Shown here piece by piece: positions 1 through 8,631 of a stretch of 64,000 nt of DNA. This stretch comes from an uncultured virus (IMG/VR IMGVR_UViG_3300025889_000100) (taxonomy: Duplodnaviria; Heunggongvirae; Uroviricota; Caudoviricetes), in the IMG/VR virus record IMGVR_UViG_3300025889_000100. One strand, written 5' to 3'. A model generated the notes under the pieces. It saw only the letters and a program-made list of their open reading frames with translations. It was not told the DNA's origin and did no database searches. Each line of letters opens with the position of its first letter. The stretch's first letter is position 1. Both the position numbers and the translations under genes were made by a program.

Positions 1-71
1 TATTTCATGCACTTTGAACATTATATTGCCTCCAGTGATAATATTATATTATTGGAACTATAATGGAAAAA

Positions 72-89
72 TGCCAAAGCATATGGTAA
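72..89 (-). promoter_or_regulatory. Repeated upstream element TGCCAAAGCATATGGTAA, copy 1
   Basis: Identical 18-mer at 1127-1144 and a variant at 1533-1546; each lies next to a TATA-like tract read on the minus strand. Confidence 0.55.
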
Positions 90-471
90 TGATAAGCGAT
101 GGAAATAACGTCAAGTATATCGCGTTTTATACGCAGTATAAATATCATTACCTCAAAAATAAAAAAATTGAGGGCATCCACCCAACAGAACCTACTAAGG
201 CAGACGCTTTTACTTGATTAGACATTAACTAGTATTGCCTTTCTATCTATAACGTGTGCATGTTCGTGAACTGCGGGTTTCAGCCCCTAATGGTTTCTTA
301 TGGCCAATTATACGCCATTGGAGATTAAAGGACAGGTAAGGGGGAATGCTTCAGTTATTGAATCAACTTGCACCACGCCAAACGGCTCTTGTTTTTGTGG
401 CGAATCAATTTTTCACATTCCCCCCTTCCATTGTATCATATTCAATGATACTTGATGAATAGGGCGACAAA

Positions 472-1085
472 AGCGGTTTCAAACCAAAATCAACCTTGTG
501 TGTCCTCCACGTTAAATGAAGGCATATCGTTTTCTCCCCATGACAAAGTTTCATTGTCATGGTGCGAGCGCACACGATTTCGTGCCTTTTCTACGAGGTT
601 ATGTTCAAGACATGCCTCAATAGATGCGTAGCCGTCGTTTTTGCTTGGGCTTCGAGGCATAGCCATCAAAGCGTCAGCAAGACGAGAATCCTCATGGTTT
701 TGGATTGATTCAGCCAATACACCGAGAATGATGGTAAAAATACCATCCCATGTAGCCATACTTGGCCCATAGTCTTTTTTTGGTTGTCCTTGAGATGGAA
801 CATCGAGGTCTAATTCTCTTGCGATTGGGGAAACATTCCGCCAATACTTTGCAAGTTCCTTAGAATCTGCGTTGCTCATATCAGACTGATGCCAGTCATC
901 AAGGGTTAGTTGCATGATTTGTGCCTTAATCGCCAAGTTAGATGGGATAAGGTCACTATCACGCTTTGTTTGAAGAGATGACTCGATTCGGGCCATCCTG
1001 TCCGTTAGTGTTTCAATTGTTAGTTCTGTTGCCATACTTTTTCCTCCTGTGTTAAAAGAAGGTCAAAATTTGATTTGAAACCGCT
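472..1085. repeat. Inverted repeat pair (472-490 / 1067-1085) enclosing ORF 490-1035
   Basis: AGCGGTTTCAAA (472-483) is the exact reverse complement of TTTGAAACCGCT (1074-1085); the match extends to 17 of 19 nt. Confidence 0.75.
490..1035 (-). CDS. Hypothetical protein (181 aa), probable early gene
   Basis: Clean ORF with GGAGG RBS upstream and a TATA-like tract plus repeated element further upstream. Confidence 0.75.
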   Translation of the reverse strand: MATELTIETLTDRMARIESSLQTKRDSDLIPSNLAIKAQIMQLTLDDWHQSDMSNADSKELAKYWRNVSPIARELDLDVPSQGQPKKDYGPSMATWDGIFTIILGVLAESIQNHEDSRLADALMAMPRSPSKNDGYASIEACLEHNLVEKARNRVRSHHDNETLSWGENDMPSFNVEDTQG

Positions 1086-1110
1086 AATGCCAACTATCCT
1101 ATGCCTTTGG

Positions 1111-1144
1111 ATATATAATGGGATTTTGCCAAAGCATATGGTAA
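1111..1144 (-). promoter_or_regulatory. Putative promoter: repeated element plus TATA box (TTATATA on minus strand)
   Basis: Minus strand reads CCATATGCTTTGGCAAAATCCCATTATATA, upstream of ORF 490-1035. Confidence 0.55.
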
Positions 1145-1200
1145 GATAAAAAGTTCTCCAGTAAATAACGCACTAAAGTATTGAACTTGACTCTTACCCT

Positions 1201-1223
1201 AAAAAAACAGGGCCAAAGCCCTG
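1201..1223 (-). terminator. Hairpin plus U-tract terminator
   Basis: CAGGGC-CAAA-GCCCTG stem (1208-1223) followed on the minus strand by a T-run, just downstream of ORF 1255-1497. Confidence 0.55.
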
Positions 1224-1254
1224 AATTTTCATCCTTTATTCCAGTAGAATTGAT

Positions 1255-1497
1255 TTAATCATGTAATGTTGGAGAAAATGGGTCTTGTCCACCTACATTT
1301 TTTCCAGCATCACAAGTTGGGCAAGTGAGAAACATAACTCCATTATCCCAGCCACTATGAATTTCATCTCCACAATCTGCACATAATCCCATTGTTGCAC
1401 AATTCTCTTGATGGTCATAACATGGGTTACAGTAAAGGGTTTCAATTCCCAGAACTGTGCAGGTTTGGTTATTACAGTCTTTTGTTTTGCATTTCAT
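1255..1497 (-). CDS. Small Cys-rich (Zn-binding) protein
   Basis: CxxxxC and several CxxC pairs (CNPC, CADC, CPTC). A TATA tract about 20 nt upstream of the ATG suggests a leaderless mRNA. Confidence 0.7.
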   Translation of the reverse strand: MKCKTKDCNNQTCTVLGIETLYCNPCYDHQENCATMGLCADCGDEIHSGWDNGVMFLTCPTCDAGKNVGGQDPFSPTLHD

Positions 1498-1517
1498 GAT
1501 AATACTGTATCTTTGAG

Positions 1518-1546
1518 TATATAGTATAAAATTGTCAAAGCATATG
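1518..1546 (-). promoter_or_regulatory. Putative promoter: repeated element variant plus TATA box
   Basis: Minus strand reads CATATGCTTTGACAATTTTATACTATATA, then 20 nt, then the ATG at 1497. Confidence 0.55.
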
Positions 1547-1710
1547 ATTGTAAATTTATGGTTTACCCAACCATATGGCTTTGTTGCAAATTTTTATTTA
1601 TTATTTATTTTAAAGAATAAACGGCTTATTAGTTAAGATTACATCACTTGGGCTAACATATTATTACAGAAGACCCGCTACACTTATAATATGAACGAAC
1701 TTAGAACAAA

Positions 1711-1947
1711 ATGAGCCTGATGAGTAGTTCAGATACTCTTGAACAACAGATAAATAGAAATGTAGATACCATTAAATCACAATTAGAAGATATATTAGGT
1801 ATCATTAAAGATAATACAGACAAAACATTATCTGAGAAAGAATTAAAAATACTTAAGAATATTCAAAGTAAGATACAAATACTTAAGAAACAAATAACTG
1901 ATGTATTAAATATTAAAACAAATACTAAACAAACAAAATTATTTTAA
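1711..1947 (+). CDS. Hypothetical coiled-coil protein
   Basis: 78-aa ORF with heptad pattern; CTTATAATAT TATA-like box upstream. Confidence 0.6.
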   Translation: MSLMSSSDTLEQQINRNVDTIKSQLEDILGIIKDNTDKTLSEKELKILKNIQSKIQILKKQITDVLNIKTNTKQTKLF

Positions 1948-2067
1948 AAGAAAATAATAAATAAATAAAACATTTTTATTCTGGTTATACATAAAAAATA
2001 AAAAATAAAAAAACGCAAGTGCCAAAAAAATTCCAGCCCAAATTTTGAGAAAAAAGAGATGATTAAC

Positions 2068-2448
2068 ATGAATTGGCAAAATATTCTTAAAAATACTAAA
2101 AAAGATATTTTAGAGGGCCTTCATATTCTACAACAAAATATTACTCCAGACATTCTAGAAAAACATACAATGGAAAGAGGCATACATATGTTTAATATAA
2201 AAAAGAAAAATGATAGTTTTTATTTTGGTCGTGTTAATCTGCGAATAAACGAACCTAAACCTGCTGGTTTTGGTTCTTCAAAAAATATCAAAAAACCTAA
2301 AGAAAAAATTGTTTCTATAATTAAAGAACTTAAAGAAAGCAATTTGAAAAATTATTCCGATGAGAATGGAAAACTTAGGGCATTATTCGTAGTGATTACT
2401 CCAAACGTTGATGAACAATACCTAGAGATAGATATGAAGCGTAAATAA
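2068..2448 (+). CDS. Hypothetical protein with WxxILK leader (MNWQNILK)
   Basis: ORF track; start moved to the ATG after the GATGA RBS-like sequence. Confidence 0.75.
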   Translation: MNWQNILKNTKKDILEGLHILQQNITPDILEKHTMERGIHMFNIKKKNDSFYFGRVNLRINEPKPAGFGSSKNIKKPKEKIVSIIKELKESNLKNYSDENGKLRALFVVITPNVDEQYLEIDMKRK

Positions 2449-2485
2449 AAATTCCAGCCCAAATTTTGAGAAAAACGTGATTACT

Positions 2486-2704
2486 ATGTGGAAAGACGAA
2501 ATTATTAAACGACAACCAAGAGATGTGCAACTAGAAAAGAATATTAATAGATTTATCAAAGAAATTGAAAATATGGAAAACAGATTATCAACAATGGATA
2601 TGTATATTCCTTTACCTCAAAAAGCAGAAAGACCAATTAAAAAGGCTCTTAAGGCTTTAGAAGAGGCAGAAGAGGCACTAAGAGATGTTCTCGATGAAGT
2701 TTGA
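2486..2704 (+). CDS. Hypothetical protein with leader (MWKDEIIK)
   Basis: ORF track; ATG follows a GTGA RBS. Confidence 0.75.
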   Translation: MWKDEIIKRQPRDVQLEKNINRFIKEIENMENRLSTMDMYIPLPQKAERPIKKALKALEEAEEALRDVLDEV

Positions 2705-2745
2705 AAAAAAATTCCAGCCCAAAATTTGAGAAAAGGTGATTAAAG

Positions 2746-3006
2746 ATGAAATGGGAAGATATATTAAAAGACACCAATACAGCAATAGCGAAGATTCTAA
2801 GTAAAATATTTGTAAAAGAGTATATTCAAGAACTCTTAGCAAAGCCTAATCCGAAACAAGCGACTATTGAAGTATTAGAAAGTGAAATTAAATATACAAA
2901 ACGAACTATGGAAACCATAGTTCCTTATAAAATCCTAATAGAAGAACATCGAAAAAAGATTGCTAAATATGAAGAGGCTATTGAGAAAATAAAGAATTTA
3001 AAGTGA
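2746..3006 (+). CDS. Hypothetical protein with leader (MKWEDILK)
   Basis: ORF track; GGTGA RBS. Confidence 0.8.
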   Translation: MKWEDILKDTNTAIAKILSKIFVKEYIQELLAKPNPKQATIEVLESEIKYTKRTMETIVPYKILIEEHRKKIAKYEEAIEKIKNLK

Positions 3007-3010
3007 TATT

Positions 3011-3250
3011 ATGTGGAAAGACACTCTAAAGAAAAGAAAAACTAACTTAGGAAGAGGTTCTGGAGGCATGACTCCAGAAGAACTTAAAGAGGCTAAAGAA
3101 AGACTTAGAAGAAAAGAAAGAAGAAAAATACCTCTCAGCGAATTAAGAGAACAAGAAAACGACCCAGAATTTAGAGCAAAACAAGAAAGGGCAAGAAGAA
3201 GCGTCAAAGATAAAAAAAGTGATTATTATGACATGGGAAGAAATACTTAA
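3011..3250 (+). CDS. Basic hypothetical protein with leader (MWKDTLK)
   Basis: ORF track; K/R-rich. Confidence 0.75.
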   Translation: MWKDTLKKRKTNLGRGSGGMTPEELKEAKERLRRKERRKIPLSELREQENDPEFRAKQERARRSVKDKKSDYYDMGRNT

Positions 3251-3542
3251 AGAAAAATCCATATTTATAAAATTTCGTGAAGAATTAAATAATCTCCTGC
3301 GCCAAGCAGATATTCTTGTGGGAAAAAAGTATAGCACTAGAGAAAAACAGTATGGTACTAGAGAAGAAGCATTTTTAAGGAAAGTTGATGCATTTTTGAA
3401 CAAGTTGAAAGATAACGATATTACTGCTAAAACGGATAAAGGTCAAATTTTCTTTGATGCAAAAACAACAAAGAATCTAAAGGAATTGATTGAATTAGCA
3501 AAATACTACAATGCTGGTAAAAGCGGAAAAGGTGATTTTTAA
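3228..3542 (+). CDS. Hypothetical protein with leader (MTWEEILK)
   Basis: ORF track; ATG follows an AGTGA RBS. Confidence 0.75.
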   Translation: MTWEEILKEKSIFIKFREELNNLLRQADILVGKKYSTREKQYGTREEAFLRKVDAFLNKLKDNDITAKTDKGQIFFDAKTTKNLKELIELAKYYNAGKSGKGDF

Positions 3543-3557
3543 AAAAAAGTGATTAAT

Positions 3558-3785
3558 ATGTGGAAAGATGAAATAATTAGAAAAAGGTCATTTACTCGAC
3601 TTTATAGTAGAAATGAAAAAAGAGAAGCAATCAAAGAAGTAATGGATAGTTTAGAAGAAACTATCAAAATTGCTGAGAAAAATAATGAGCAGATGAAGTT
3701 GATGATTCTTCAAAGTTTAACATCGGCACGATTTGAATTACAAAAAAGATATGACACCATACAAGGCGATAGACCTTATCAATAA
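3558..3785 (+). CDS. Hypothetical protein with leader (MWKDEIIRK)
   Basis: ORF track; leader DNA nearly identical to that of the 2486 gene. Confidence 0.75.
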   Translation: MWKDEIIRKRSFTRLYSRNEKREAIKEVMDSLEETIKIAEKNNEQMKLMILQSLTSARFELQKRYDTIQGDRPYQ

Positions 3786-3797
3786 AAAAGTGATTAA

Positions 3798-4031
3798 ATG
3801 TCAGAAGTTCCCATATTGTACTTGACTTCAACTGATACGTTAGAATTATTACAGAATTTAACAACTTTGCATAAAGACATCATACCCGATTTGGTGGAAA
3901 ACATTTATAGGTATTCAGAAGATAAGTTGGAACTAGAGGACTTTGAGGATATGATAAAGGCTTTTCTTTACTTTACAAGTGAGGCATTAGATTCATTAGT
4001 TAGATTAAATACGTTATTGCACAATCAATAG
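3798..4031 (+). CDS. Hypothetical acidic helical protein (no leader)
   Basis: ORF track; AGTGA RBS. Confidence 0.7.
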   Translation: MSEVPILYLTSTDTLELLQNLTTLHKDIIPDLVENIYRYSEDKLELEDFEDMIKAFLYFTSEALDSLVRLNTLLHNQ

Positions 4032-4039
4032 GTGATATT

Positions 4040-4456
4040 ATGTGGAAAGGAATTGTTAAAAAACAAATTAGAAAAGGCGCAAGTTACGAAGAAGATTTCG
4101 TAAGTAAACATAAAGGTAAGCAGGATGATTTCGGTATTTATGTTCGTTCACCTGAAAATGTTAGCATTATTAAAGAAGAAGCAACATTAGAATGGACAGG
4201 TTCTATTGAAGTTTATTCTGCTGGCTTTGGTGCATTGAGTTCTTCATCCAATAAATTAACACTAGAAATAGAATATGTTAAAATGGGGGATGACGACGAG
4301 AAAGAAATAACTAAAGAGTTCGTTTTTACTGGTAATTTTGAAGATGATGGAGGCGGTAATCCTGAAGATATTACAGTTGATATGGATTTTTCGGATTTTA
4401 ACAATCCAAAGATTACAAAAGTGAAAGTAGCATATGAGGGGCGATTTAATGAGTGA
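4040..4456 (+). CDS. Acidic beta-rich protein with leader (MWKGIVK)
   Basis: ORF track; GGTGA RBS. Confidence 0.8.
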   Translation: MWKGIVKKQIRKGASYEEDFVSKHKGKQDDFGIYVRSPENVSIIKEEATLEWTGSIEVYSAGFGALSSSSNKLTLEIEYVKMGDDDEKEITKEFVFTGNFEDDGGGNPEDITVDMDFSDFNNPKITKVKVAYEGRFNE

Positions 4457-4604
4457 TTGGTCAAAACTTCTTAAAAATCAGAAAGAAGCGTCAAGCGCAC
4501 AAAGCCTCGCTACTTTACAACAAAATCTAAAAGATGCACCAAGATATATTAAAATTGCATTAAATGAAATAGAAAGATACCTAATGGGTGAGAAAAATGT
4601 ATAA
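4449..4604 (+). CDS. 51-aa protein with leader (MSDWSKLLK), missing from ORF track
   Basis: Translated by hand; fills the gap between its neighbours and overlaps both by 8 nt. Confidence 0.7.
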   Translation: MSDWSKLLKNQKEASSAQSLATLQQNLKDAPRYIKIALNEIERYLMGEKNV

Positions 4605-5391
4605 GGACATATTGAAGAGAGATAGAATGCCAAAGCCAAAAAGGGGCAAAGGCCGTCGTAGACAAACTGCTGAAAAAGACCGTAAAAAAGATGAATTTGG
4701 CGGTATGCAAATTAGTGGTGATGTTGAAGCAATTATTGGAAATAAAGAAGAGCGTGATAAAAGAGATGAAAGAGAAGCAGCCGATAAAAAATCTGGAAGG
4801 GTAAATCCCTTTGAAATAACTGCTGATTTTGCTCAAGCCACAGATGTTTTTGAAAAAGACTTTAATGACTTTGAAATATTTGATGAAATGAAAAAGCGAG
4901 TTAATGGGCTTTTTAAAGAGGCTGAGTTTTATTTTAAGCAAGGTGAAAAAAGGCAAAAGCAATTAGATACTGAATTTAAAGAAGCACTTAAGCGAAAACA
5001 AGGTATTGCTAGAGTAAGAAAAACTATTGAAACTTCAAACTATTATAGTCTTAAGAAATTCAATGAAAAACTAAAAAGCGAGAACATGAAAATTGGCAAA
5101 AAGAATTATCCAGTTATTGAAGTTTTAGCAGCAATTGTGGTTGTTACTATTCAGGGTGATGATAAAGAAGCAACTGTTAGAGAAACATTTAATGACGCAG
5201 CCGATTACTTAGAAAGAAGGAATTTTGACCTTCTTACTCAAGGAGCGAATGGTTATAAGTTTTTGATAGATTTGGCTGAAAGATTAGGAATAGATGAATA
5301 TGATAGGCCACGCATGGTAGTAGGAAGAACAGGTAAATTTTATCTTGAAGAAGGACAAGCCACATATTTTGATTTAGACGATGTTCTTTGA
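4597..5391 (+). CDS. Hypothetical protein with Tyr-variant leader (MYKDILK)
   Basis: ORF track; GGTGA RBS precedes the ATG at 4597. Confidence 0.8.
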   Translation: MYKDILKRDRMPKPKRGKGRRRQTAEKDRKKDEFGGMQISGDVEAIIGNKEERDKRDEREAADKKSGRVNPFEITADFAQATDVFEKDFNDFEIFDEMKKRVNGLFKEAEFYFKQGEKRQKQLDTEFKEALKRKQGIARVRKTIETSNYYSLKKFNEKLKSENMKIGKKNYPVIEVLAAIVVVTIQGDDKEATVRETFNDAADYLERRNFDLLTQGANGYKFLIDLAERLGIDEYDRPRMVVGRTGKFYLEEGQATYFDLDDVL

Positions 5392-5403
5392 ATAGGTGAT
5401 TCT

Positions 5404-5814
5404 ATGAACTGGTTTGAAGTATTGAAAAAAACAATGAACGCTTTAGAGTTCATTGAATATTTTCAAGAAAAGTTGGGAGGAAAACCAACTTATCCTAGTA
5501 CTGCTAGTTTAAGAATACCTGAGAATAAACTCACAAGACCTATCGTTTACAAATTAGATTATCCAAATGGCTACATTAAAGTAACGATGGGTAAAAAAGG
5601 AGAAAAGCACGTTAATGTAAATGGCGTAGTTGTGGCAAATGTTTTTAACCTAAAGGATGCAGTAGAAGAAGTAGAAGAGGCCGTTGGCTCAGATACCTTT
5701 GAAAAGAAAGCAGGTGGAGTATCATTTGGTGGTCATGGAACAAATCCAGAACTATTCAATATAAAATACGGAGGTGGAAAAGGTGGCAAAAAACGTAAGA
5801 AAGAAGACGAGTAA
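5404..5814 (+). CDS. Hypothetical protein with leader (MNWFEVLK)
   Basis: ORF track; GGTGA RBS. Confidence 0.8.
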   Translation: MNWFEVLKKTMNALEFIEYFQEKLGGKPTYPSTASLRIPENKLTRPIVYKLDYPNGYIKVTMGKKGEKHVNVNGVVVANVFNLKDAVEEVEEAVGSDTFEKKAGGVSFGGHGTNPELFNIKYGGGKGGKKRKKEDE

Positions 5815-6865
5815 ATATAATAAACAGTCTATTACGCAAACCTTTGAAGGTTCTGATTTTCAAAAAGATTACAATGATTGGGAAAATCATTGTGATAGTA
5901 TTGACAAAGATGAGTTACAAGTTCAAAATGGAACGCTTTTGGACTTTTTAGTTCAACACGTTGATGAAGCAAGAGATGGCACATCAAGAAATGGTGCGAG
6001 ATTGCCAATCAAAGAAATACGTGAGATTTTAAATTCAGATATTATTACTAAGCCCGCTATTCAAAAAGTAAAAGATATGCGTAAGCATATTTCAGAAATG
6101 AAGAATAGCAAAGGTAAGGGTGGATTAGACCCAGCATTCATTTCATTTACAGATAGAGCCTATGATAAAAGAAACAAGTTTAGGTCAAAGCGAACTGTTT
6201 ATGGACATTACATGACTCAGAATTATGTTAATAGAAAGACGTTTAAGGATAAAAATTTCAAAGGTGAACCTGTTGATGGAGATTGGCTTACAGGAAAAAA
6301 TCCTCCGCATCTTGCATTATTCTCGGAAACAGAAGGAGATTACAGTAAGCCCTTTGGTTTGTTAAAAATTCTCGATAATGCCATTGATTCATTTAAAGAA
6401 ATCACAGTTCAGCCTATTATTGATAGTATCACTAGAGCGAATGCTATGAAACTTGATAGTATTTACCCGATTGAAAAGTTCTTCGACAATGTTGTAAAAA
6501 CAGATGGTTATTGGAAAGCAAGCGGGGAATTGAAAACTTCTTCTGTTGCTTCTGAATTCAAAGCAACACAATTTGATGTAAAGCCAAGTGGTGCAAGAAT
6601 CATACAAAGGCTTACAAATTTAGAAGATGTTGCGGGAAAAATTACTGCTTTTAAGATTAAAGCGACAATACCAATTAATTATTTGGTTGGTGAAGCACTT
6701 AAGAGAAAGAATAAGAAAAACGCACCTGCTGGAGAAAAGAACCGAGCATGGGCAAAATCAGGTTTTGATTACAGAAAGACTCGAAAAGAAGTATATGGCA
6801 AAGATACAAAGAGTCCAGACAAAAAGGTAATAAGTAAGTCATGGCAAGAAGTCATAAGGGCGTGA
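5774..6865 (+). CDS. Basic hypothetical protein with C-terminal motif (KSWQEVIRA)
   Basis: 363-aa ORF; start codon uncertain. Confidence 0.8.
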   Translation: MEKVAKNVRKKTSKYNKQSITQTFEGSDFQKDYNDWENHCDSIDKDELQVQNGTLLDFLVQHVDEARDGTSRNGARLPIKEIREILNSDIITKPAIQKVKDMRKHISEMKNSKGKGGLDPAFISFTDRAYDKRNKFRSKRTVYGHYMTQNYVNRKTFKDKNFKGEPVDGDWLTGKNPPHLALFSETEGDYSKPFGLLKILDNAIDSFKEITVQPIIDSITRANAMKLDSIYPIEKFFDNVVKTDGYWKASGELKTSSVASEFKATQFDVKPSGARIIQRLTNLEDVAGKITAFKIKATIPINYLVGEALKRKNKKNAPAGEKNRAWAKSGFDYRKTRKEVYGKDTKSPDKKVISKSWQEVIRA

Positions 6866-6870
6866 TGCAT

Positions 6871-7152
6871 ATGTGGAAAGCCATATTGAAGGATGAAAGG
6901 TTTGATGCCTTTAGACAAAATATGTCGAGTATGCACGAAGATATGCTAAGAGCAGAAAAAGGTTCAGTAATTTCAAGAGCCGAAAGTATGATAGAATCCT
7001 TGTTAGATTACAAAGAAGACTTGATGGAAAAGAAGGAAAATAAAAGACTAGATAGATTTATTGATGACAATTTTCCTATAAGGCAAATAGATAGTCTAAT
7101 CGCATCGTTAAGAAAATTTAAAGAAAGTATGGAAAAAAAATTAGGTGTTTAG
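6871..7152 (+). CDS. Hypothetical protein with leader (MWKAILK)
   Basis: ORF track; start moved to the ATG after GTGA. Confidence 0.75.
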   Translation: MWKAILKDERFDAFRQNMSSMHEDMLRAEKGSVISRAESMIESLLDYKEDLMEKKENKRLDRFIDDNFPIRQIDSLIASLRKFKESMEKKLGV

Positions 7153-7153
7153 T

Positions 7154-7489
7154 ATGTGGAAGAACGAAATTAAAAAGAATAGACGCAATTTGTCAAGAGA
7201 TGACATTAAAAGATATTGGCCTGAACCTAGTGAATGGTATAAAGATTTAGAAGAAGTTCGGGGATTTGGTCAAATGTTTGAAGATTTTTTTAATCTCGGA
7301 GTAGGAGGCGGGGAAACTATTTGGTATTATTGGGAAAAACCATGGAAATGGAATCCTGAATATAAAATCCTATATGATGCAGGAATTAAATTAGGCTTAG
7401 ACCCTGAAGATTTAAAAGAATATATGTATGATAATAATATTTATTCTTTACAAGATTTAAAGAAACACATAGAGAAAAAGGATGATTAG
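7154..7489 (+). CDS. Trp/Tyr-rich hypothetical protein with leader (MWKNEIK)
   Basis: ORF track; AGGTG RBS. Confidence 0.75.
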   Translation: MWKNEIKKNRRNLSRDDIKRYWPEPSEWYKDLEEVRGFGQMFEDFFNLGVGGGETIWYYWEKPWKWNPEYKILYDAGIKLGLDPEDLKEYMYDNNIYSLQDLKKHIEKKDD

Positions 7490-7490
7490 T

Positions 7491-7973
7491 ATGTGGAAAG
7501 ATATTTTAAAAGGCGAAGAAGTTCATCCTAGCGTAAAAGGTTTCATTGGTAGAAGAATGTCAAAAATTCGTCAAGCGATGATTAAAGAACAAAAAGAAAT
7601 AGAAGAAGCGGAAGAGTTTATGCAAGGTAAACTTTATGCAAGTTACCCCTTTAAAATAAAAGACCAAGTAGAAAGGGGCATAAAAGAGCAAAAAGAAAAA
7701 ATAGAAAAATTAGGTAAAATAATAGGTGCTAAATTTAGTCCACAACATGATAAATTCCCTATGACCCCTTCACAAAGATTAAGCCCATCTACTAAAAAAT
7801 TAAAAGTTAAAAGAATGGAAAGACCAAGTGCGTTTAGTTATAATCCTAAAGATACTTTTGATTCAAATGTTATGAGAAGATTTAATATTTCTGAGAAAGA
7901 CTTTAATGCGATGAGTAGAGAAAGAAAGGATGGTTTTAGAGAAGGCTATAAATTATTAGAAGGGGATAAATAA
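7491..7973 (+). CDS. Hypothetical protein with leader (MWKDILK)
   Basis: ORF track; GGATGA RBS. Confidence 0.75.
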   Translation: MWKDILKGEEVHPSVKGFIGRRMSKIRQAMIKEQKEIEEAEEFMQGKLYASYPFKIKDQVERGIKEQKEKIEKLGKIIGAKFSPQHDKFPMTPSQRLSPSTKKLKVKRMERPSAFSYNPKDTFDSNVMRRFNISEKDFNAMSRERKDGFREGYKLLEGDK

Positions 7974-7974
7974 A

Positions 7975-8631
7975 ATGGTTACTCGTAAGCGTTGTGGTTT
8001 TTGCCAACATGAAAATAGGGAAGAACTTGAATCCTTGTTAGAAACAGGGCAAGCAAGTTGTGATGCCCTAGATTTGCAGAATGATTGGAGAAGTGGAACT
8101 TCCTCCCAACATCAAAGAAATCACATGGGGAACTATGAAATGGCTTCTAATCCTCGTTGTGTGCTATGCACAGACCCGATGAGAAAACACTATGAGATTG
8201 CGCTTTCGGAAGGTAATATCACAAGTGAAGCAGTTTCTGAGGCTCTAAACGTGTCGAAAGAACAGGTGCAACGGCACATGAAGCACCACTTGTCGCCATT
8301 GGTACAGAAATCTGCGGCCTCCTTGATAGCGAAAAAGGAGGTAAATGAAGTTGATTTGTTATCAGCGAATGTTCAGCGATTAGATATGAAATTAGATGAT
8401 GTATTCGCTATGGATGATTTAGACCCAAAGGTGATTGATAGTCTCACCAAACTCGCTAGAGAGATTCGTGAATCATTAAAGTACCTTATGGAGTTTAAAG
8501 GCAAATTGGTTCATAAAAGACAAGATACAGTTATTTTCGCACAGATGCAAATTGTTCAAGAAGTGCTTGCACAGAACAATCCTGAGATTTGGCTTGACAT
8601 TAAAAAAGAAATGCAGGAGAGATTACAATGA
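7975..8631 (+). CDS. Tandem CxxC...HxxxH Zn/HTH protein with C-terminal helices; candidate terminase small subunit
   Basis: Two repeats (CGFC...HQRNH; CVLC...HMKHH) followed by oligomerisation-type helices. The TerS role is inference. Confidence 0.55.
   Translation: MVTRKRCGFCQHENREELESLLETGQASCDALDLQNDWRSGTSSQHQRNHMGNYEMASNPRCVLCTDPMRKHYEIALSEGNITSEAVSEALNVSKEQVQRHMKHHLSPLVQKSAASLIAKKEVNEVDLLSANVQRLDMKLDDVFAMDDLDPKVIDSLTKLAREIRESLKYLMEFKGKLVHKRQDTVIFAQMQIVQEVLAQNNPEIWLDIKKEMQERLQ

Larger units (their letters stand above)
2026..2734 (+). repeat. Three intergenic direct repeats AAAAATTCCAGCCCAAATTTTGAGAAAA (2026-2054, 2447-2475, 2707-2734)
   Basis: Read directly; copy 3 has one mismatch. Each copy precedes the RBS and ATG of a leader-motif gene. 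Confidence 0.9.

Noticed and set aside
14..217. 67-aa plus-strand ORF
   Set aside because: TTG start, no RBS, overlaps a minus-strand promoter element; probably spurious.
2026..2734. Triple repeat as a CRISPR array
   Set aside because: Spacers are about 230-390 nt and are whole genes; no cas operon.
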